Notes under the pieces: model-generated | The model's database searches: none | The model's input: only the letters and a program-made list of their open reading frames with translations | Told to the model about the DNA's origin: nothing | Program-made: the position numbers and the translations under genes | Shown: in pieces, positions 26,271 to 33,568 of the stretch | How positions within the stretch are numbered: position 1 is the stretch's first letter | Layout: each line of letters starts with the position of its first letter | Assembly: GCA_038134595.1 (NCBI GenBank) | Contig: JAYPVM010000002.1 | Coordinates: 134,987-168,554, forward strand | DNA: 33,568 nucleotides | From: Pseudomonadota bacterium | GTDB taxonomy: Bacteria; Bdellovibrionota_C; UBA2361; OMII01 | Reading direction: 5' to 3'

Positions 26271-27473
26271 ATGAAAGCTAGACAGGTGTCTAAGATAACT
26301 ACATCGGATTGCGAGCAGGTCGGGAGCGCTAGAATCGATGATTGGAAACAAATAGAGTTGTTTTATTCCGGCGATGAGTATTTTAAAGCTCTCGAGAACC
26401 GGATCGAAGGGGCGGTTAGCCATATTTACCTTGAAAGCTATATTTTCGCCTTCGATAGGCTTGGAGTTCGTGTCGTTGATGCTCTTGGTCGAGCTGCACA
26501 AAGAGGGGTTGATGTACGAGTGATAGTTGATGGAGTTGGTTCATACACCTGGATAGAAAATCTTGTTGAAGAAGCCAAGTCCCGGGGTATTGCATTGAAA
26601 GTGTTTAAACGACTTCCCTGGCAACGGATTTATTGTTGGAGACGATTTTCCAATCTTCTATGGAATTTCAAGCAAGGGTTGACCCAATTGAATCGACGCA
26701 CCCATAGAAAGCTTTGCGTGATTGATGGAACGCAAGCGTTTGTCGGAAGCATGAACATTATCGAGTGTCACTGTAACGAATACATGAATGGTGATGCATG
26801 GCGAGACACCGGTGTTTATGTAGAGGGAGATGAAGTGGGTGTTTTACAGAGAGATTTTATCCGACTGTGGAACAAAAAAGATCGAAGAATGATGCTCAAA
26901 GGGCGTCTAAGAGGAAGAAGGAGGGTGTTGTCAGGAAATCGAGTAAAGCTTAATTCCCGAAAGAACTTACGGGAGCAGAATTATCTTGATCTGTTGGTGC
27001 TACTACTCGGCGCCCAGAAGCGAGTATGGATTGAAACGGCCTATTTTGTCCCCGATAGGCGTCTTGTTCGAGCGCTCCGAACGGTAGCTGAATCGGGAGT
27101 CGATGTGAGAATTATGGTTCCAGCGCAGGCTGATGTCTTCTTTATCCCGTGGGTTTCATCGGCGTTTCACAGAGGCTTACTGCAGGCTGGGATTAGAATA
27201 TTTGAGTACACGAAGACGATGCTACATGCCAAGGCGATTTTAGTTGATCACTACGGTGTGGTTGGTTCGAGTAATCTAAATCATAGAAGCTTGTTTCATG
27301 ATCTGGAGGTAGATGTTCACTTCACGAACCGTGATGCTGTAGATTCGCTCGCTCGGCAATTCTTATACGATGTGACATTTTGTCGGGAGATTGCACTAGA
27401 TTCCTGGCATCACAGGCCATTCTTACAGCGGGCAATCGGAAGCGGTCTGCTTTTGTTTCGGGGAGTTTTGTAG
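26271..27473 (+). CDS. clsB: Cardiolipin synthase, ClsB-like (phospholipase D family)
   Basis: Two HKD motifs RTHRKLCVID and MLHAKAILVD; WRDT; GSSNLNHRSL; no N-terminal TMs; paired with a YbhP-like EEP gene. Confidence 0.88.
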   Translation: MKARQVSKITTSDCEQVGSARIDDWKQIELFYSGDEYFKALENRIEGAVSHIYLESYIFAFDRLGVRVVDALGRAAQRGVDVRVIVDGVGSYTWIENLVEEAKSRGIALKVFKRLPWQRIYCWRRFSNLLWNFKQGLTQLNRRTHRKLCVIDGTQAFVGSMNIIECHCNEYMNGDAWRDTGVYVEGDEVGVLQRDFIRLWNKKDRRMMLKGRLRGRRRVLSGNRVKLNSRKNLREQNYLDLLVLLLGAQKRVWIETAYFVPDRRLVRALRTVAESGVDVRIMVPAQADVFFIPWVSSAFHRGLLQAGIRIFEYTKTMLHAKAILVDHYGVVGSSNLNHRSLFHDLEVDVHFTNRDAVDSLARQFLYDVTFCREIALDSWHHRPFLQRAIGSGLLLFRGVL

Positions 27474-27502
27474 TTCGAGCAGGTGTTTTGAGGAGTAATT
27501 CA

Positions 27503-28288
27503 TTGGGAGTTGAGGATCGACAATGTGATAGTAGGGGGCGATTAAGGGTTGTCTCATACAATATCCATAAGGGTTTTAGTCCTGCAAATCGCAAGTTTAC
27601 TCTTTATGGGATTAGGGATGCTGTATCATTGGTTGAGCCCGATATTCTTTTTTTACAGGAGGTGTTAGGCCGACACGACAGGCATGCATCGAGCGTGTCT
27701 AGCTGGCCCGATATCTCGCAGCATGATTTTATAGCAGCGGATAAGTGGCCGTATGTGGCATATGGCCAAACTGCTACGTATAATCATGGGCACCAGGGTA
27801 ATGCAATAGTTAGCAGGTATCCTATCCTTGAGTACGAAAATATCGATATATCCACAAATCCGATCGAGTGCCGGAGTCTCCTGCATGTGGTTATAGATGT
27901 TCCCGGACTACGAGAGCCGATTCATTGTGTATGCGTTCATCTAAATATTTTCCAGAGAGGAAGAGAGCTTCAATTGCGGAGTATCTGCGACCGAGTTATG
28001 CAGGCGGTCGGGGACCGAGCGCCGTTAATTATTGCTGGTGATTTTAATGACTGGCAGAGGCGGGCTTCTCGGATTTTGGTGAGAAAGCTCGGTATTCACG
28101 AAGTATTCCACCAGCGGTATGGCGATTATGCAAAGTCCTATCCGATACGATACCCGCTCCTACAGCTAGACAGAGTGTATGCACGAGGTCTCGCTCTTAT
28201 TGAAGGGTATCCACTCGTCGGAAAGCCGTGGAGTGATCTCTCTGATCATGCTCCGCTCTACGCTGAATTAGGAGTTGATACCGACTAG
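27503..28288 (+). CDS. Endonuclease/exonuclease/phosphatase family protein (YbhP-like)
   Basis: VVSYNIHKG, DILFLQEV, GNAIVSRYP, IIAGDFNDW, LDRVY, LSDHAPL; start TTG 27503 chosen from AGGAG RBS. Confidence 0.9.
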   Translation: MGVEDRQCDSRGRLRVVSYNIHKGFSPANRKFTLYGIRDAVSLVEPDILFLQEVLGRHDRHASSVSSWPDISQHDFIAADKWPYVAYGQTATYNHGHQGNAIVSRYPILEYENIDISTNPIECRSLLHVVIDVPGLREPIHCVCVHLNIFQRGRELQLRSICDRVMQAVGDRAPLIIAGDFNDWQRRASRILVRKLGIHEVFHQRYGDYAKSYPIRYPLLQLDRVYARGLALIEGYPLVGKPWSDLSDHAPLYAELGVDTD

Positions 28289-28628
28289 TTCCGGTGGGAA
28301 CGACAGATGATAACCGGCTGAAGTTATGGCGTATTGACTTTTCCTGCCAGAAAAGGCCTCCTTTTAATCGCGTTTTCGCCTAGATAGGCCTGAGTCCTAC
28401 AGGGTTTTAAAGTGTATTTGAATCAATGTTGAGGAGAATCGGATGAACTTTTCTCCATTTGATTTGGATTAGCGATGGGTTTGCGGGCTGGGTGCTCTGG
28501 TTTAATGTGACACCTTGGGTTATTCGGTGGATTTTGCTACGATATCGAGGGTTTGAGGGGCGAAGCTGCAATTCTGTTCCGCACGTAAGGACTCTTGAAA
28601 GACGCATTGATGTAGAAGGACAAAAGAG

Positions 28629-29996
28629 ATGTCAGATCCAGTTAGAAATGCAATGGAAAGCGCTGATGAGGTAGCAGATGAGGGTGCCCGAGTCGATATC
28701 GAACGAGTCATGGGTGAGATAAGGGAACGGATCCGAAATGACATGGAGAAACACAGGGACTCGCGGATTTCTCTTTCGCCCCTTAAAGCCAAATTGGCGG
28801 GTCCGCACGGGGTTCGATACGGCGATCTTCAAAATGCAGAAAATCTAAGGCAGCTTAATACTCGCTACGTTTTTGAACAAGCGCTCTCTAGTAACCATAT
28901 CGTTTCCCACAGGGGTGGACTCATTGGCAAACTAGTGGTCGGTATAAAACGGAGGATTGCTCGGTATTTTAGAGCAAGTTTTCTAGAACCATATCTGCAA
29001 GAAGAGCGAGCGTTTATCGAATACTTAGTGCGACATCTCAATGAAACTGGCAGGTATGTGGATGCTCGTGACGAAGCGCTCCGTACTGAGTTGGAAACAT
29101 TAGTGCATCGAGTTGATGATGAGAAGACGGCTGGCTTATTTGAAATACAGCGCCAATTAGGGTCGTTGGCTAGGGGGTTGGAGGCTAAGATCGTCGAAGT
29201 TGATTCGATGGTTCGGGGCTTGGAGGGGATTGTGAATAATATTGGCCGCATCTCCGATCCTTCTCCGCCAAGAGCTATGGCTGCTGATACGGAGTTAGAA
29301 GCTCCGTCAAAAGGTTATTTGTTGCTCGAGAATCGATATAGGGGGAGTGAACAGGAGATAGAAAAGAGGCTTTCGATATACCCCGGTATCTTCAAAGGCG
29401 CCACCCTTCCAGTTCTTGAGATAGGATCAGGTAGAGGGGAGCTCCAAAGGTTACTTAAGTCTTCTAATGTGAATTCATACGGTGTCGATATGGACACTGT
29501 GATGGTCAACGTTGCAAACGCAAGTGGTTGTAAAACGTTTTACGGGGACGGGTTAAAACATCTTCGTTCACTCGACGCAAAGTCAATCGGTGGTGTTGTA
29601 GCGATTCAAGTGGTTGAACATTTAACACGGGAGCAGATACAAGACCTATGTGAGCTAGCCAAAGAAAAAGTAGTATCAGGCGGTCGAATCGTATTCGAAA
29701 CGATTAATCCACAATCTATACTGGCGCTTTCTTCAAATTATTTTCGCGATATGACACACGTTTGGCCCGTGCATCCTGACACGCTTGGGTATATGGGAAC
29801 CTTGGCTGGATTGAAGCTGATAGAGACAAGGATGCTTTCGCCGGTAAGCGACAACCATCTCCTAAAAGAGATTCCGATCGATTCTTCACATACTCCAGCC
29901 GTTGCAGATGCGATAAATCGAATGAATATGAATATTCAACAGATGAATACATTGCTTTACGGCTATCAGGATTATTGTGTTGTATTTGAGGCTTAA
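28629..29996 (+). CDS. Class I SAM methyltransferase with N-terminal coiled coil (surface-glycan associated)
   Basis: ENRYRGS, VLEIGSGRGE, YGVDMD, IQVVEHL, ETINP, YFRDMTH, QDYCVV. Confidence 0.88.
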   Translation: MSDPVRNAMESADEVADEGARVDIERVMGEIRERIRNDMEKHRDSRISLSPLKAKLAGPHGVRYGDLQNAENLRQLNTRYVFEQALSSNHIVSHRGGLIGKLVVGIKRRIARYFRASFLEPYLQEERAFIEYLVRHLNETGRYVDARDEALRTELETLVHRVDDEKTAGLFEIQRQLGSLARGLEAKIVEVDSMVRGLEGIVNNIGRISDPSPPRAMAADTELEAPSKGYLLLENRYRGSEQEIEKRLSIYPGIFKGATLPVLEIGSGRGELQRLLKSSNVNSYGVDMDTVMVNVANASGCKTFYGDGLKHLRSLDAKSIGGVVAIQVVEHLTREQIQDLCELAKEKVVSGGRIVFETINPQSILALSSNYFRDMTHVWPVHPDTLGYMGTLAGLKLIETRMLSPVSDNHLLKEIPIDSSHTPAVADAINRMNMNIQQMNTLLYGYQDYCVVFEA

Positions 29997-30004
29997 GTGA
30001 GGAT

Positions 30005-31102
30005 ATGGCAAGAATATTAGTTTTGGGGGTAAAGGTGCCCTTTAGTCACGGGGGGCAAGATGTACTGGTTGCTACACTGGTGCGCGAGCTGATTGCCCGT
30101 GGACATGAGGCCGATGAGCTTTCACTTCCATATAATCCATTACCAAAACAAAATCTAATAACGCAAGCTGCGTTGTGGCGCTCGTACGACTTAGAGAACG
30201 TTTGCGGCAAAGAGATTGATTTGGTAATCGCAACCAAGTTTCCGAGTTATTATGCGCGCCATCCGAGAAAGAGCGTCTGGTTGGTTCATCAGCAGCGTTC
30301 GATTTATGAGTTATACGGGAGTCAGTATTCCGATATCGGTGATGATCCCCGAGATGAATCTATGCGGCGGATGTTAACCGATGGCGATAGAAAAGTTCTG
30401 GGTGAGTGCGCATATCGCTCAGCTATTTCTAAGAATGTAGCAGAGCGTTTACGTGGCTTTAACGAATTGGATTCAGAGGTGTTGTATCCGCCGTTGCCGT
30501 TAGGAAGCCGGTATTACACAGAAGAGTCGGAGCCATACATCCTTTCGGTTGGTAGGATCTGTAGAATAAAGAGGTTGGATCTCATCATTAATGCCCTTGC
30601 CGAAGTTCCGGGAGTTCACTTGAAGGTGGCTGGAGTATCTGATGAACCGGATGCTATGGAGTTTTTTGTAAATGAGATCAAAAAACACGGATTGGAGAAG
30701 CGAGTTACTTTTTTAGGCCGTGTAGATGATGAAGAGCTACTTTCGCTTTATGCGCGAAGCCTGGCGGTCTTTTATGCGCCATTCGATGAGGATTACGGAT
30801 ACGTTACACTCGAAGCGATGGCTAGTGGTAAGCCCGTCCTTACCGCTTTAGATAGTGGAGGCACATTAGAATTTGTATCGGATCGCGAAAATGGATTTGT
30901 CGTTGAACCCACGCCACATGGATTTGCACGAGTGTGTAATGAGTTGATGGAAGATAGGACTTTGGCAGAATCTCTCGGTGAACGGGGCAAAAGTTTTATA
31001 GACGAATCTGGCATGAAAAAAGGTGGGTGGAATAGAGTCATCGAAGGATTGTTATCGCCGCTAGCCTTAAAAGAGGCAGTAAAGACAAAAGCTGTAGGGT
31101 AG
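30005..31102 (+). CDS. Glycosyltransferase family 4
   Basis: VPFSHGG, LVIATKFPSY, SVGRICRIKR, EDYGYVTLEAMASGKPV. Confidence 0.93.
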   Translation: MARILVLGVKVPFSHGGQDVLVATLVRELIARGHEADELSLPYNPLPKQNLITQAALWRSYDLENVCGKEIDLVIATKFPSYYARHPRKSVWLVHQQRSIYELYGSQYSDIGDDPRDESMRRMLTDGDRKVLGECAYRSAISKNVAERLRGFNELDSEVLYPPLPLGSRYYTEESEPYILSVGRICRIKRLDLIINALAEVPGVHLKVAGVSDEPDAMEFFVNEIKKHGLEKRVTFLGRVDDEELLSLYARSLAVFYAPFDEDYGYVTLEAMASGKPVLTALDSGGTLEFVSDRENGFVVEPTPHGFARVCNELMEDRTLAESLGERGKSFIDESGMKKGGWNRVIEGLLSPLALKEAVKTKAVG

Positions 31103-31105
31103 GGA

Positions 31106-32416
31106 ATGAAGAAGCTACGTATAGCATGGTTCTCTCCTGTCTCTGATGAGGGGGATTCGTGTATCTCGGAGTACTGTAGTGAGCGTCTTTTGCCATACAT
31201 CTCTAGTGGCCATGAGGTTGAAGTGTTCACAAACTCACTACGGCCAGAGGCCTTTGGTATAAGGGCTTTTCATTATCTTAAAGCATTCGCAAGGCATCGT
31301 GAGCGAGCGTTTGATGTATTCTTTTATCAATTGGAAGACTCTATAGAGAGTCGTTTTGTACGTGCGCACTGTGGACTTGTTCCAGGTGTTCTTTGGGCTC
31401 ACGATGTATTTTTGCGGGATTTGGGTGCTGAAGGGTATCACACCAGTCCGTGGGAGCAGTCTATTCGACAGTACTATAGGCGGAATGAACCATTTTCGGA
31501 TCGGTCGAAAGCCCCGCATCAACTTTGGCCTAGAATATATCGGGAGTCTTCGCTGTCTCCTGTTGTGCTCTTTAGCTCTCGATGGGGAGAAGCTGAGTTC
31601 CAATCAATGATAAGTACCCGCTTAGAGAGCCTTGGCAGGGGACACATGTCAGGGTTTCTTCCGATACCGACAGGGAGTGCAAGCTCAAATAATGTATGGG
31701 TACCAGAAAATACTGATACGATGCGGATTGCTTATCAAGGGCTTCCAGGAATGGAAGGTAGGAGTCATAAATTTTTGCCAGCCCTAAAATGTTTGTCAAT
31801 AAACTATGTATGTACATGGATGGTGCCCTTTGGTGGGGGAGTAGAGGCGCACGCACGCATCGCTGAGTTTGGTTTGGATGACTCTCAGATTGAGATCGTT
31901 GAGTCTACTTCTCCAAAGAGATGGCAAGAAGTGGTCGAAGCAAGTGATGTAGCCTTCCATCTTCATGCTGGGGTGTATGGTCGAATGTCACCTTTTCTGG
32001 AGGTCTCGTACTCTGTAGGTTGCCCGGTGGTAGTTTTGGCTTCGGGTAGCGGAGACGACTTGCCATCTGATGCGGCGTTTCATATTCACAGCGGGTTGTT
32101 TGAGAGCGAAGAGATAAAATGCTTGATTCTTAGTATTCGTGAACTTGATGCGACTCAATTACGAAGACAGTTTTCCCGTTATGCCAGACAAAACCTCGAT
32201 GCCAGCGTCGTTGCTCAGGAATTGGAGGAGTTGTTAGTAGCTCACGCCCCCTCCGTGGGGCTCGTTATGGATAGATGGGAGTCTCTTAGAAAGCGAGGCC
32301 AACAGGCGCTACTTCAAGAGGTAAAAGAACTTGTTTCGGGCTCCGAACCTATATCCTTTGATCCGTATACTAAAGCACTCGACCCGGCGATTAAGGAACT
32401 CGGTTGGGCTAGATAG
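31106..32416 (+). CDS. Divergent GT-B (GT4-like) glycosyltransferase
   Basis: KLRIAWFSPV...ISEY...LLPY, FFYQL, PGVLWAHDVFL N-terminal pattern; degenerate C-terminal motif. Confidence 0.65.
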   Translation: MKKLRIAWFSPVSDEGDSCISEYCSERLLPYISSGHEVEVFTNSLRPEAFGIRAFHYLKAFARHRERAFDVFFYQLEDSIESRFVRAHCGLVPGVLWAHDVFLRDLGAEGYHTSPWEQSIRQYYRRNEPFSDRSKAPHQLWPRIYRESSLSPVVLFSSRWGEAEFQSMISTRLESLGRGHMSGFLPIPTGSASSNNVWVPENTDTMRIAYQGLPGMEGRSHKFLPALKCLSINYVCTWMVPFGGGVEAHARIAEFGLDDSQIEIVESTSPKRWQEVVEASDVAFHLHAGVYGRMSPFLEVSYSVGCPVVVLASGSGDDLPSDAAFHIHSGLFESEEIKCLILSIRELDATQLRRQFSRYARQNLDASVVAQELEELLVAHAPSVGLVMDRWESLRKRGQQALLQEVKELVSGSEPISFDPYTKALDPAIKELGWAR

Positions 32417-32536
32417 CCGTAGTCTTTACTGCTCCTTTAGCGGGAATTTTAATTCTGGTATCGATGGCTTGTTTTGATTGGGGTCTCGCCGAGATCTTGT
32501 ACTTAGAGCGGGCTCTCTGACTTAGAACAGTAGTGG

Positions 32537-33004
32537 TCAATCGTCCTGGAAATCGCGGCGCCTCTCCGGAAAGAATATGCCGATAATCTTATGAACGAGG
32601 CGCAGCGACAGTGTTAAGAAGATGGCGATGAGTGTTCCCGAAATAGCCAAATCGGTTCGCTGTAAGCCTACAGCCATTCCTATGCCAGCTGTTATCCATA
32701 AGAGCGCGGCTGTGGTGAATCCCGACACGCCATATTTGGAGCGAAATATCGTACCGGCGCCGATAAAACCGATGCCCGGGATAATCTGTGCCGCTATCCG
32801 GGCAGGATCTCCAATTCCGTATTGCTCTAATGAACTCGAAGAAACGAGTGCGAAGAGACAACTCCCCATGCTAATTAGTGCAAATGTCCGGATGCTAGGG
32901 TCTTTTCCTGCAATCTCTCGCTCAACACCAATTAGCACTCCGAGAAAAGCCGCAGTGAAAAGAGAGATGTTGAACGATGAGGAGATTATTGCTGAAAAGT
33001 CCAT
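32537..33004 (-). CDS. MgtC/SapB family membrane protein
   Basis: IGVERE, IRTFALISMGS, DPARIAAQIIPGIGFIGAGTI, GFTTAALLWITAGIGMAVG. Confidence 0.93.
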   Translation of the reverse strand: MDFSAIISSSFNISLFTAAFLGVLIGVEREIAGKDPSIRTFALISMGSCLFALVSSSSLEQYGIGDPARIAAQIIPGIGFIGAGTIFRSKYGVSGFTTAALLWITAGIGMAVGLQRTDLAISGTLIAIFLTLSLRLVHKIIGIFFPERRRDFQDD

Positions 33005-33264
33005 GGCCTATAGTATACCATTTTAGTTGTTCTTTGGTAAGTATAAGAGTTAGTACAAAAAAGGCATATACAGTGTGCAATCGGACACCGTGTTACTAAT
33101 GAGGGGTCCTTATGGAATTGGACTCAAAGATTGCAAACGGCTCAAGGTCTATGTAACCTCAGCGCGATAGACCTGAGCGCGGGCGAAAGCGGTGGATTCC
33201 TCGGAATGAGGCTATGTACCTCTTTAGTCGCGTAAATTATTGGAGTGTGATACCGGAGAGATAA

Positions 33265-33568
33265 TTGAGACTGTTGTATGCATCATCAAACCAAGGAAAG
33301 CTCAAAGAAGTAGCTCTTCTTTCTCGTCGGTATTCAATCTCAATTGAATCGGTGACAGCTGAACTCTCTCATAGCATTCGGGTTCCGGAAGTTGGAGTAA
33401 CGTATGAGGAGAATGCGCGGGCTAAGGCGCTCGCTCATGCAATCGTGACGGGTTGCCCCTGTCTGGCCGACGATTCTGGGATAGAGATTCAAACCCTCGG
33501 GGGATTACCTGGAGTCTACACCAGTCGATTCGGCATGGACCGCGTTTCTAAACTTCTACAAGTATCCT
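33265..33568 (+). CDS. rdgB: Non-canonical purine NTP pyrophosphatase, RdgB/Ham1 family (partial; absent from the ORF track)
   Basis: Manual translation from TTG 33265 (GGAG RBS): MRLLYASSNQGKLKEV...PEVGVTYEENARAKA...LADDSGIEIQTLGGLPGVYTSRF; open to the window end. Confidence 0.88.
   Translation, partial: MRLLYASSNQGKLKEVALLSRRYSISIESVTAELSHSIRVPEVGVTYEENARAKALAHAIVTGCPCLADDSGIEIQTLGGLPGVYTSRFGMDRVSKLLQVS

Noticed and set aside
25905..26501. 198-aa minus-strand ORF
   Set aside because: Overlaps clsB antisense and has no motif or convincing RBS; likely a shadow ORF
28445..28473. GAACTT-N15-GGATTAGC upstream of the methyltransferase
   Set aside because: Spacing and -10 differ from the three consistent copies; likely chance
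1..33568. CRISPR arrays, rRNA, tRNA, transposases, prophage genes
   Set aside because: No regularly spaced repeats, RNA-gene signatures or mobile-element ORFs were seen by eye

Overview
Gene-dense chromosomal window from a Gram-negative bacterium; gene content suggests a deltaproteobacterial-like lineage (inference). From left to right: a Tad pseudopilin trio (two TadE-like genes and a TadG/vWA gene running off the left edge); housekeeping queF, bioB, a HAD hydrolase and hemB; then a compact, apparently incomplete non-flagellar type III secretion-like cluster. That cluster holds an atypical FliA/WhiG-like sigma factor, sctJ, an unknown gene, an sctQ-like gene, a needle/rod-like small protein, sctV, a TPR lipoprotein and another unknown gene. 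Three of its intergenic regions carry the same bipartite motif G(A/C)AACTT-N14-CGAT. Next come a REC-HisKA protein lacking an ATPase domain, gtrA, a CitE-like lyase, a 182-bp MITE-like palindrome, bcp, two head-to-head lipoproteins (one FlgO-like) and three unknown genes. A response-regulator receiver domain fused in frame to an intact LpxC follows, divergent from an HDOD protein and a PAS histidine kinase. The right end has an FHA protein, clsB plus an EEP hydrolase, a methyltransferase/glycosyltransferase trio, an MgtC-family gene and a partial rdgB. The most notable items are the REC-LpxC fusion and the minimal T3SS-like cluster with its own sigma factor and candidate promoter motif. All calls come from motif reading only; no searches were run.
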